Source of the DNA: Octopus sinensis
Lineage: Eukaryota
Length of the DNA: 64,000 nt
Assembly (NCBI RefSeq): GCF_006345805.1
Contig: NC_043000.1
Coordinates: forward strand, 148,056,001 to 148,120,000
Direction: 5' to 3'
Shown: piece by piece, positions 23,688 through 36,219 of the stretch
Layout: every line of letters starts with the position of its first letter
Position numbering within the stretch: the stretch's first letter is position 1
Notes under the pieces: model-generated
What the model was told of the DNA's origin: nothing
What the model saw: the letters and a program-made list of their open reading frames with translations, nothing else
The model's database searches: none
Position numbers and translations under genes: made by a program

Positions 23688-24757
23688 TTGTAGAAGACAT
23701 TGACATAAGGCTACAATACTTTATGGCAAGCATGCATGACATCTGCAGTAAATTTTCTCCAGAGAGAATGCCAAGACAGCAGAAAAATATAATACCCAGG
23801 GATAGGCGGATTCTAATGAGATGAACAAAAGTCTCAAATTGTCTAAATGGGCCACTAAAGGATAACAAACAATCCTACTTCAAACAAACAGTGCTCAAGA
23901 TTAAAAATGTAATGTACACCAATGCTCCCAGGAAAAGGAATGGGCAGAAGTGGAACCCAGGGCTGTCAAAAATATTAAGACAAACCCTAAAGCCTCCTAT
24001 AGATACGCAAAAGAAGCTGCTTCAGTACAGTACAAAATAGAGCCACTACTTGAAGAAAATCGCTCACCGATTGCAGACCCCACCAGAGGATCAGTGAAAT
24101 ACTGAATGTGCAATACAAGAGTGCTTTCACCACTCCACTGATACCCTTGCAAGTAGCTATGCCTGATGAGTTATTTGGCTCCACAGATCTATACAACAAA
24201 ATGGCAATTATTGACAGCATCAGCATAGAGGAAACTGATGTGATATCAGACATTGATGAGACGAACTCAAACTCAGCAACAGGCCCTGATGGATTCCCAG
24301 CAATCCTCCTAAAGAAATACAAAGGGGCTCTGGCTAGGCCACTTTAGATTCTCTTTCAGAGTTTCCTCACAACAGGGAGACTTCCCAAAAAGCTAAAGGA
24401 AGGCATTATATGCCTTATCCATAAGGGAGGTAGCAGAGTAGATGCTAAGAATTATAGACCTGTCCCTCTAACTTCCTATGTCAGCAAAATCGTGGAGTGC
24501 AATATGAGGAAGAAACTAATTGCGTTCCTTGAAGATAATGACTTGCTTCCTGACACCCAGCATGGCTTTCCCTCAAGCAGAAGTAGATGTGATATATCTT
24601 GACTTTGCAAAGGGATGTGTCACAACCTACGGAGAATTGGCATAACTGGGAGAATGGGAGAGTGGTTGCATGACTTCTTAAAAGACAGAAGCCAGGCTGT
24701 AGCAGCCAATGGAGCCCCCTCCACAGAGACATTGATTGAAAGTGGAGTGCCTCAGGC
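23688..24757 (+). mobile_element. CR1-clade LINE ORF2 fragment, decayed
   Basis: SATGPDGFPAILLKK, IHKGGSR..KNYRPVPLTS, QHGF, VDVIYLDFAK, W..DFLKDRSQ and SGVPQ; stops and deletions. Confidence 0.88.
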
Positions 24758-24950
24758 AACAGGAGATAAAAAGGAGAAGGTTTGGGAGAGAGAGAGATAG
24801 AAAACGGTGAATGGGAGAAAAGGAGTGGGGAGAAAACAGTATAGAGTTGAGTTGCATCAAAAAGATTACAATAAACTTACTTGGAAATGGATGCGTAGCA
24901 TTTAATGAAATAATAATACATATATATATGTATGTATGTATATATATATA

Positions 24951-25158
24951 TCTCTTTACTCTTTTACTTGTTTCAGTCATTTGACTGCGGCCATGCTGGA
25001 GCACCACCTTTAATCGAGCAACTCGACCCCGGGACTTATTCTATTGTAAGCCCAGTACTTATTCTATCAGTCTCTTTTGCCGAACCGCTAAGTGACGGGG
25101 ACATAAACACACCAGCATCGGTTGTCAAGCAATGCTAGGGAAACCGACACACAAACAC

Positions 25159-25223
<65 letters not shown>

Positions 25224-25388
25224 TACGACAGGCTTCTTTCAGTTTCCGTCTACCAAATCCACTCACAAGGCATTGGTCAGCCCGAGGCTATAGCAGAAGA
25301 CACTTGCCCAAGGTGCCACGCAGTGGGACTAAACCCGGAACCATGTGGTTGGTTAGCAAGCTACTTACCACACAGCCACTCCTGTGCC
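24951..25388 (-). mobile_element. SINE family A
   Basis: Reverse-complement full-length copy. Confidence 0.9.
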
Positions 25389-25404
25389 TGTATTATAATA
25401 ATAT

Positions 25405-25890
25405 ATGTATTATTATCTACATACCTGGTGAAGAAGGCGCATGAGTGGCAGATGTTGAGTGCTCGACATTCCAGGTGGTTCATATAAGTGATGCTAGTAG
25501 GCCTGAGAGACTGGATCCCATGGGAGACCAGTTGTCTGTTTGTATATGTGGTCCTGGAAAGAGAAGTAGGTGTTGTCCCCTGATGATGGACAAAAGTTGA
25601 CATATATCAGCTGCAGTAAGTCTGAAGCATAGGATGTCGGGCGCTATTATGCAGTCAGTCAATAGGTTGACTGCCGAGTGTGCTGGCACCGTCGTGTACA
25701 TTGAGACAACATCAAGACTAAAGGCATATTTGTTTTGCTTGAGTTGGTCTAGGGGAAATTGGTGCACTCTTTTGACGACTTAGTCGGAGTTCTTGACGTG
25801 TCCAGGAAAGGTGGAGAGTATGGTCTTGAGGATGTGAGAAAGTAACCAGGGTATTTTATACAGAGGTCCTTCCACGCTGGAGATGATGGG
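25405..25890 (-). mobile_element. Second Penelope-like RT fragment
   Basis: FSLDVVSMYTTVP, PMGSSLSGLLA and FFTRYVD on the minus strand, across frameshifts. Confidence 0.8.
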
Positions 25891-25891
25891 T

Positions 25892-26449
25892 CTATATATA
25901 TATATATATAAACATATACATACGATGGGTATATATAAGTATGTATGTATATATGTATATATGTGTGTGTGTATATATATATGTATATGTGTGTGTGTAT
26001 ATGTATATGTATATATGTATATATATGTGTGTGTATGTATATATATATGTATACATATATGTGTGTATATATGTATATATATATGTGTGTGTGTATATAT
26101 ATGTATGTATATGTATATATATATATGTATGTATATGTATATATATATATGTATGTATATGTATATATATATATGTATGTATATGTATATATATATATGT
26201 ATGTATATATATATGTATGTATATATGTGTGTATATATATGTATATATATATGTGTGTATATATATGTATATGTATATATGTGTGTATATATATGTATAT
26301 GTATATATGTGTATATATGTGTGTATATATATATGTATATATATGTATATATGTGTGTATGTATATGTATGTGTATATATATGTGTATATATGTGTGTGT
26401 ATATATATATGTGTGTATATATATATGTGTGTATATATATACGTGTGTA

Positions 26450-26504
<55 letters not shown>
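25892..26504. repeat. TA/TG microsatellite
   Basis: Direct reading. Confidence 0.95.
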
Positions 26505-26910
26505 GGACATACGATCAATTGCTCCTATCAACATGTTTCTTTATGGTATGCAAAAAGGTTTCCAGTGTTGAACTATGATGATGTAGCACTAAGGGCAGCC
26601 AAATAAAGGTCTTCTAGGTTATCTGTATCTGTTTCCTGGTAATAAACCTACTTAGACAGGTAGAACCATTAAAAAAGATATCTCTGTTCCACACTATCTG
26701 CTCTTATGACCGATACTTCTTTATATTTGTTGATGATTTCACGTATATTCACAGTGGCTATATGAGATAAAGTTGGCTAGCTATGGCCATTTATTGTATT
26801 TACAAAATTTTAAAGTGAAGTTGTGTGGGTTAGTGGAAAGGCTATTTGGCTCATGATTATAAGGTCATGAGTTCGATTCCTGGCACTTTATCTTATTATT
26901 GCTCCAGTCC

Positions 26911-27303
26911 TTTTTTTTGAAAGCACTCCATCGGTTACGACGACGAGGGTTCCGGTTGATCCGAATCAACGGAACAGCCTGCTCGTGAAATTAACGTGTA
27001 AGTGGCTGAGCACTCCACAGACACGTGTACCCTTAACGTAGTTCTCGGGGATATTCAGCGTGACACAGAGAGTGACAAGGCCGGCCCTTTGAAATACAGG
27101 TACAACAGAAACAGGAAGTAAGAGTGAGAGAAAGTTGTGGTGAAAGAGTACAGCAGGGATCACCACCATCCCCTGCCAGAGCGTCGTGGAGCTTTAGGTG
27201 TTTTCACTCAATAAACACTCACAACGCCCGGTCTGGGAATCGAAACCGCAATCCTATGACCACGAGTCCGCTGCCCTAACCACTGGGCCATTGCGCCTCC
27301 ACT
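26911..27303 (-). mobile_element. SINE family B, nested in an older related SINE (26815-27520)
   Basis: tRNA-like head GGCGCAATGGCCCAGTGG...GGTTTCGATTCC; TSD CTCCAGTCC on both sides. Confidence 0.9.
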
Positions 27304-28667
27304 ACTCCAGTCCACTCAGCTGGTAAAAATTAGAGGTATTTGTATTTCAAAGGCCCAGCCTTGTCACATCCTGTGTCAAAACTGAATCTCACTGAGAACT
27401 ACATTAACTGTATGCATGTCTCGTGGAGTGCTCAGCTACCTGCATGTTAATTTCACAAGCAGGTTGTTCCATTGTTTGGATTAACTGGAATCCTTGATGT
27501 AACTACTAGAGTGATAGTTAAACTTTTTAATTCTTTGGTTATCCCTGACCCCAGGTGAGGTGTTTTATCTGAACGACTGCAAGGAAAACCTAGACAGGAA
27601 GAGAGAAAATATTTATGAGTGAAAAATGAGTTGAGTGACCCTGACTGTTGGTGACATGAGACAATCCAACTCTGGGTGGGGAGAGATCACTGTAGCCCTC
27701 AATGTTTTTCTTTTTATTTACATTCACTTTTCTTATGTTGTTATGAGTTAGATGGGACTTCTTGAGGCAGTATTCTAGGGCTGAATACCTTTCCCAAGGT
27801 TAACCCATACATATTTTTCACTTAAGGTACTTTATTCTATATCTTTGCATGTTGACCCACCAAGCTACTGGAGTTTTTGTTAATATGGGACTTAAACAAC
27901 ATTATCACTGCTGAAGCTGAGTCAATGGGAAGTCATAGAGTTATACAACTGATAGGTTTTCATAGTATTTCATCTACCAGATTTCATTTACAAAACATTG
28001 GTCAACCAAGGCTAAATTAGAAGACACTTACTGAAGGTGCTACATGGTGGGATTGAATCTGAAACTACATAGTTGCAATGCAAATTTCTTAACCATGCAG
28101 CCATGCTTATGCCTGTAGTAATGGTAGAAAAAGCAGAAAGAGGAAACGTGTCTCTGGACCAGAGATTGGAGTGTATTGGGGAATGACTTCAAGTCAATCA
28201 ATAAGGTAATATTTTTGGTGAGGATGCAGTTTAGAATGTTTTTGTTTTTGTCTTGCATATTACTTGGTGACCTCACTGGTGTTGGTGCCATGCTGGTTCA
28301 CTCTGTAAAGTCATCCATCCGTAGAAACCATGTCAAAGTAGACAGAAGGGCTTGACAGAATCCTCTGGCTAGCCAGCTCCTGTCAAACTGTCCAACTTGT
28401 GCCAGCATGGAAAATGGATGGTAAATGATGTTGATGTGTGTGTGAGTGTATGTTTGTATCCCCTTGTCTTGTCATTGCATGGTAGTTGTAAAATGATTGT
28501 CACTGTCATACAAGCAGTATTGTCCAATTCCAAAGTATTGCGAGAACATGTCTAGCCATGAGAAATCTTACTTGGAAACAGGATTGGTGACAGGAAGGTT
28601 ATCTGGGCACTTCAATAAATTCCATCCAACCCATGCAAGCATAGAAAAGTGGACATTAAGATGATTT

Positions 28668-28865
28668 GTGACCTCGTGTGTACCGTTGGCTATTTTTTTT
28701 TCCTCTGTCTTCCCTTCTCTGGATCTTTCCTTCTCCTATGTTTCCGACGAAGAGCTCCGCTTGAAACGTTAAACCCTCCTTCTTTCCTGAGCGTCCAATA
28801 ATACTATATTTGTTCCACGTCCTCGCGTTGTGTTTTTTTGTGCTTTCTTGTTTGGATTAACTTTA
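28668..28865 (+). mobile_element. Penelope-type terminal repeat fragment with variant hammerhead motif (28740-28774)
   Basis: GTTT CCGACGA A GAGC-TCC-GCTT GAAA CG TT AAAC; homologous to 22092-22305. Confidence 0.65.
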
Positions 28866-29747
28866 TATATATATATACACACATATGTACTCATGAGTCT
28901 CTTGTTTCACTGGGTATATGGTTTGTATGTGTTCAGTTTGTTGTGGTGTGGATTACACTGTTTCAAGGAAGTGGCATATTTCATGAGAAATTTTATGTAT
29001 TTTATATCTTATCTTTGAAAAGGAAAGTGCATATGAGAAGATTCCAGAATAAGGACAGTGTGCTCTCATTACAACCAGAGTGCTGATCAAACTGAGCATA
29101 TATTTCACTGATACTCAATAGTTTGTGTTTGTGGGCTTAAACTTACAGCTAGGAAAAACTGTAGTGTATTTGGGAGTATTAATTATGATTGATATAATCA
29201 ATCTAATTCAACTGATACTTAACAAACCAGGAGGCAGTTGCTATTCAGTATCTATGGTGAACTCTATTTGAACAGATTAAGTTCACTGAGATAGCCAGTA
29301 AAGGAGTATCAACATAATACCTCGATCTGTTCAACATACCAGCCAAATATCCCTCAGCAAACCTTCTAATGCCATTAAAATAAGGTTCTGAATTAAATCC
29401 CAAATTCTCAGACTCAAAATCAGGTGAAGTGATTTATCTTATAGATATGACTGAAATTATGATTAATTTTCTTGAACAAGAATTTGCGTGTGTATTTATG
29501 TTTTACATTGCATTTCGTGACCAATATCATTAGTTGCAGGTTTTCAACAGGTTGGTCACTGGTTTATTGCGTTTACGATAGCGACAGTAACAAGGAAGTG
29601 TCTATGGAATGCAAACAGAGCAAATACCAGGAAATATTTTTACTTGAAAGTACTTTGATATTGGTTTTCTTGCCAATGTTTATATTTCCCTCTGAATACA
29701 TATGATGAGGTTCCTCATGGATTCCATTTAGCAAGTTCCACTCAGAA

Positions 29748-29879
29748 GACACTTGGTCAATCTAAGGTTATGGTAAAAGACATTTGGTCAACCTAAGGTT
29801 ATGGTAAAAGACATTTGGTCAATCTAAGGTTATGGTAAAAGACATTTGGTCAATCTAAGGTTATGGTAAAAGACATTTG
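29748..29879. repeat. 31-bp tandem repeat, about 4 copies
   Basis: Unit GACATTTGGTCAATCTAAGGTTATGGTAAAA. Confidence 0.95.
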
Positions 29880-31599
29880 CTCAAGGTACTGCATGCTGAG
29901 ATTGAACCCTCAAGCATGTGGTTGTAATGATGATTTCTTACCTACACAATCATATATGCACTGTAGTAAACATCTGTTTACTTATTCTTAAAAGCTTCTG
30001 TTTAAAAGAAAGAAACAGAAGCCATTAAGTATGTATGTATGAAATTCTAGTTTGAGTGATTTTTTTTTTCTTTCTATGCACCTTCAGGTTAGCCGAGTAA
30101 GAATGCAAGCTATCTCTTAAAATACCCAGTTTAGTGTATACAGATATTTTTGAAATCAAATCACTTTGAAGCTTACTAATTTAAACTATTATTAATAAGC
30201 ACTTCTCTTAGACTCCTTGCCTTGTCATTAATCTTTTGCTCTTTAATGTCAACTGTCAATTAATATAATTTACATTCCACATGCCACATAACTAACAAAA
30301 TTAGCCGAGAATACTATACTGTATTTCACAGCATTTTCTTTTGACTCCACTGCCCTGCCTCAGACAGATATCTAGATATATTCTGTTCTTATTACTTATT
30401 TATTATGGATTGTTATTTGTATATATGTTTAATTGTTGGTGTAGATTCTGAGTGCAGTTAGATGAGGTCCTGGTTTTTAACAATAAATCAATTATCAAAA
30501 GTGATTTGCTACTGATAGTGTTGATTGCATTGTATTGTATATTTAGCCAAACGCAATTGTTCATAACTTGTCAGCAGTTGCTCTGTTTTTATCCATGGTA
30601 TTAAACTCTTCCTTGCCCTGTTTACCTACTTGGAAAATGATATTAAGAGTAGGCACTGTAAGTAATGGGAGCCTGGTATAATTAAAGAGTATTTTGTTAT
30701 TGCGCAGTGGGCCTTTATAGTTCTGCTTACACAACCACCTGTTCTATCACCTTTATAGCTGTCACTCACAAGCGAGTTGGCGGCAAGGGCCTTGCTTTTG
30801 CTAATTGTTTTACATGCCTGTGTAGAAGCAAACACACATAAATTTTCTCTTGGTGCTTTCACCCTTTGATGCAGTGGAACACTCATTTTCAGCTGATTAA
30901 ACTGGTTCAATGTGTAATGAAACTCAATGACACATCACCCAATTCAGGAATTATATAACCTTGTAAATGTGAGCCCACTTAACACCATTGTTGGTAAATC
31001 AAGGAAGAAATAAAGGATATTTAGATGCGAAGTACATGTAATTGGGCTATTTGCTGATATTTTCATGAAAATTCTACTAACGGAATTACCTACAATGTTG
31101 TCAATAGGTATATGATAGTGTTAATAGCGGCATTTATAGATTTCATTTGACTAAACATCAGACATTTTTTTAGGAAATCATTTCTGAGAAACCATTTCTT
31201 AAATTTGGCTGACTTTAACATTAGTATTACTGGCACTTGTTTTTATTTTGACCGAAAGAAAGCAGAACACACACGCACAGAGAGAGAGAGAGAATGAGAG
31301 AGAGAGACAGATTTTCAAATGTTGTAAGTTATAATTACACAGGGTGTTGGCATATCTCCACCCAAAAGTGAGAAATGTGAAAAATAGAGGAATGCATAAG
31401 GTAAATATATATAAAAAACCCCAGAAAAGATAGCATTATGGTAAGTATACCAAATAATCAAAAGATAGAGTATACAGTGATCCAGTTTTATCAAATGTTT
31501 CTTATACAGACACAAAATAATTTTGGGTCTGTGTAAAGGACCTGGAGATGATTGAAGAAATAATCTACCAGAAATAAGATGGATCCACTGTTGGTTTTA

Positions 31600-31984
31600 G
31601 TGGAGGCGCAATGGCCCAGTGGTTAGGGCAGCGGACTCGTGGTCGTAGGATCGCGGTTTCGATTCCCAGACCGGGCGTTGTGAGTGTTTATTGAGCGAAA
31701 ACACCTAAAGATCCACGAGGCTCCGGCAGGGGATGGTGGTGATCCCTGCTGTACTCTTTCACCACAACTTTCTCTCACTCTTACTTCCTGTTTCTGTTGT
31801 ACCTGTATTTCAAAGGGCTGGCCTTGTCACTCTCTGTGTCACGCTGAATATCCCCGAGAACTATGTTAAGGGTACACGTGTCTGTGGAGTGCTCAGCCAC
31901 TTACACGTTAATTTCACGAGCAGGCTGTTCCGTTGATCGGATCAACTGGAACCCTCGTCGTCGTAACCGACGGAGTGCTTCCAA
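31600..31984 (+). mobile_element. SINE family B
   Basis: Full copy; TSD TGTTGGTTTTA. Confidence 0.92.
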
Positions 31985-32092
31985 TTGTTGGTTTTAATTC
32001 TGAGCATTCAGTGTTCAAACCAAATGAACATTGACATGTAAGTGACTGAATATTCTTCAGAAGTGTGTACTCCAAGTGAAATTCTCAGATAG

Positions 32093-32420
32093 GGGAGGCA
32101 TGTGGCTTAGAGTTTAGGGTAATCAGCTCACAATCATAAAGTCCTGAGTTCAATTCCTGGCAGCATGTTGTGCCCTTGAGCAAGACACTTAATTTCACAT
32201 TGTTCCAGTCCACTCAGCTGATAAAAATGAGTAGTACCTGTTTTTCAAAGGGCCAGCCTTGTCACATTCTGTTGTCATGTTGAATATCAATGAGAACTAC
32301 ATTAGGGGGTATGCATGTCTGTGGAGTGCTCAGCCACTTGCATGTTAATTTTACAAGCAGGATGTTCTGTTGACTGCATCTGCTAGAACCCTCATCGCTG
32401 TGACTGATGGAGTGCCAGGT
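32093..32420 (+). mobile_element. Older tRNA-headed SINE sharing family B's 3' domain
   Basis: GAGTTCAATTCC B box, CCTTGAGCAAGACACTT, and the shared GGAGTGCTCAGCCACTT...GGAGTGC end. Related minus-strand copy at ~59225-59510. Confidence 0.7.
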
Positions 32421-35352
32421 TTTAATTGTCAGGTAAATCAGCTTAACACAACATGACAAGGCTGGACCTTTGGATAACAGTACAATTCATCTGATGGGAG
32501 TGAGTTTGCCAAACAGTCTCCATCTAAGTAATATCACATACAAGGCTTTTTTGATCTGAGGCTGTGATAAGAGAACTGACCAAGATATCAGAAAGTGGGG
32601 TTGAACTTGAGACTCTATGATTGCAAAGTAAACTCCTCAACACCTTGACCAGAAATATAGCAAGAATGTTTTAAACATAAAATGGATTCCTATGTCCAAA
32701 TATTGTGTGTGTGTTTTCTATTTTTCCGAAGTTTTAGAGTTGTAATATATTGTTGTTGTTGTTGTTTAGCTCCCAAGTCTGTGCTGATCAAGCAAGCTTA
32801 TGATCGAAAGCATTCCAGTTATGACCATCTTTAATTTTCATTTAGGCATAATGTATTGAGAACTATATTATCTAAAGTGTTGATCTTAACTTTTGTATGT
32901 ATATTAGGTGCTGTTGTGACTGTGTGGTATTCCACGCATGTGGTTTCGAGTTCAGTCCCATTGCATAGTACCTTGGCTAAGTGTTTTTTACTACAGCCCC
33001 AGGCCAACCAAAGCCTTATGAGTGAATTTAGTAGACGGACACTGAAAGAAGCCCATTGTGTATATCTTTATTTGGTATTAATGATGGAAACAGCATTAGT
33101 TCAAAATAGCATTCTGCTTATCTTACTTAGTGTGGATATACTGTAGAAAGCCAGGCAACTGCAGTATTCACCTCAAGAAAGCATCTTGTACAGATGTATA
33201 ATGTTAAAAAGCACAGAAGTATATCAGCAGTAGACAAAAAGCATCCAGTTGTGGCAGTGGAACTGTTGAATTCATATTTCTGCTTCTTTGAGCATCATTA
33301 GTGGCAAGCATCCTTAGAAAATTGCTTAGAAAATTTTGCATCTACTAATATAGAAAAACAGTGATCAACAAATCACTGGTATGGCAAATAACCAGGAGGC
33401 CAGGTAAAATTTTGCTATTAACAACAGAAGCAGTATTAGTTTAAAATAGCATTTTGTATATCTTACTTAACCTGGCTGTACTGTAGAAAGCCAGACAATT
33501 GCAGTATCCATATTGAGAAAGCATCTCATATAGACAAGTATATATATATGTATGTATGCATGTATGTTACAGTTTCCTTGCCATGACATTGTGTGATGGT
33601 TGTAAACAAGTGTCACTGTGATACAGTTGGTGTCCTTCATTTCCAATCTTCCGTTTAAAACATGTCTGATCGAAGGGAAATGTTACTTTACTTGGAAACA
33701 AGTGAAAGTTAACAAACATAGGAAAAATCTATTTCTTCTTATTAGCATTGAAAAGTGGATGTTAAAAGAAACTGATGATGATTAATAGTCTGTGTTTTTG
33801 GAATTAAAATTCCTTTCTCAGATAAGATATTATTGGTAGATTGAAACTTCATGACTATTCCAGTTCTCATCTGTTATTTAACTTGGCTTTTAGAACTTTT
33901 TGTGAAGTGTATGTTGGCTATTCTGAGATCTGATATGTTAGAAAATTTCACCAGTATTGTGAAGGCCACACAAGCCTATTAAAAGGGAAGATAGTGTTTA
34001 AGCATTGCAATTTATATGATTTTGTAGAACTTGGGTGTATGAACTGACAACACTTTTCACTCCAAAATGTATGCCACATTGCTAATCAAATAAAGCAAGT
34101 AGTGGCTGCTATTTGCACTGTTGCTAGAGCCAGTCTTGCCCTTGGTTCACAGTTTAAGCGGCATTTAGACATAAAAGTTTGTTTGCACTTCAGCTGTGGC
34201 ATAGAAAATGGCTTTAGGTGCGTCTTTTGTGAATCACTCTAACTGAAAGATGTGATTTTATTAGACAACTTCTTATTTGGTTTTTCTATTCTCTCAATGC
34301 AATAAAGGGTGCTAAATACATATATAGACCCAGTTAGTGTTTCTTGTTCCTGTAGTTATGTTGATTTGTTGTTGTTATTGTTTAGCCCAGGTCCATCCTG
34401 AATGAGCAGATTTATGATCAAAGATGTCCAGTATTGAACATCCTGTCTTTTTTTTTTCCAAACTTAGTACATATGGAATGATGTTATTCAATATGTGCCT
34501 GTGTTCCCTATTTAAGTTGTTATGGTGAAATCTGAGGAAGATTTAGCTGCCATATGCAGCACTTTAAGCAGCTACATAGCGGGCCTCTCGTTCACTCTTA
34601 TAACAGCTTGTGGTTTGTATATAGCAAGGGTCATGGATGGATTACTTTGCACTATGAACAGCTGGAATGCTTCACAACCTCTAATTTATAAAATCTTTTT
34701 GACAGCAGTTCTTTAAAAACATTCTGTTGAAATTTCATGCTTTGGAACTTGCAGAATCATAATTAAATGTTTTTAAAAAAAACTGAAAGGCTTCATTGGC
34801 TTGACTCAAATTTTGTAGAAATTGAGCTGGTATTGTAACCAAATATGTACCACAATAAATTGTTTTTCTCTCTAGATGCCTGTTTTTTTTTATTCAGTGA
34901 CATATTTAGGAAAAAAATAAAAGAAACAGGAACATTTATCTAAACTAACAGGTGCAAGGATGGCATACGTGCAGGCATAAATATGAAGTAAGAAGTTTAC
35001 TTCTCGGCTGGCACTTTGGTCAAGTATCTTCTACTATAGTTCTGGGTTGACCAAAGCCATGTGAGTGGATTTGGTTGATGGAAACTGAAAGAAGCCCATT
35101 GTGTGTGTGTGTGTGTACTCTGTCTTCACATCATGTGATGGTTGTAAATGAGCATCACCATCATACAAGTCGTGTTGTTTTTTTCCAATCTCCCATGAAA
35201 ATATGCCCAGCTTCAGGGAAATATTACCTTACTTGGAAACAGGTAAGGGTTGGGGATAGAAAGGGAATCTGACTGTAGAAAATCTGCCTTCACAAATTCT
35301 GGCTGATCCGTGCAAGCATGGAAAGTAGATGCTAAGCGATGATGATACATCT

Positions 35353-35570
35353 ACTCTCTTTACTTTTTTTACTTGTTTCAGTCATTTGACTGCGGCCATG
35401 CTGGAGCACCGACTTTAGTCGAGCAAATCGACCCCGGGACTTATTCTTTGTAAGCCCAGTACTTATTCTATCGGTCTCTTTTGCCGAACCGCTAAGTGAC
35501 GGGGATGTAAACACACCAACATCGGTTGTCAAGCAATGCTAGGGGGACAAACACAGACACACAAACACAT

Positions 35571-35611
<41 letters not shown>

Positions 35612-35776
35612 TACGACAGGCTTCTTTCAGTTTCCATCTACCAAATCCACTCACAAGGCATTGGTCGGCCCGGGGCTATAGCAGAAGACACTTGCCCAAG
35701 ATGCCACGCAGTGGGACTGAACCCGGAACGATGTGGTTGGTTAGCAAGCTACTTACCACACAGCCACTCCTGCGCC
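35353..35776 (-). mobile_element. SINE family A
   Basis: Reverse-complement full-length copy. Confidence 0.9.
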
Positions 35777-36219
35777 TACCTTTGTTAGTAACACCTAGAT
35801 CCTGACTTACTTCCATGCAACATAATTAAAATGGCTAGTTGCATCAAGTATTGTACTATCATCTTATAGACTGATATGTAAATAAAAGCATAGTTAAGTT
35901 TTGAACCTTAAATCCTAAAGTTATGTTCAGTTATGTGCCAAATGATAAATTATAGATGACTAGTACCATTGTTATCAGCAAACAGTGAGAACAGTTTTGG
36001 ATGCATTTTGCCTTTATTTTTTTCTTTTGCATTTTTTAGAAATCTAGTCGGCAAATCATATCCTTTCCATAACTTACTGAAGTATTTAGTGAGTTTAATT
36101 ATTAAGTAAATCTCATAAATTGCTAGAGAATAGTTACTAATTAAATTTGAAAGGGATGCCATCTACAATATAAGTAGTTGTCATTGAAATCATATTCAAT
36201 GATGAAAACTTGAAGAGGC

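Noticed and set aside
31600-31680. tRNA-like sequence with A and B boxes (also the heads of the other SINEs)
   Set aside because: It continues into a SINE body bounded by TSDs and lacks a proper cloverleaf and terminator, so it is not a tRNA gene.
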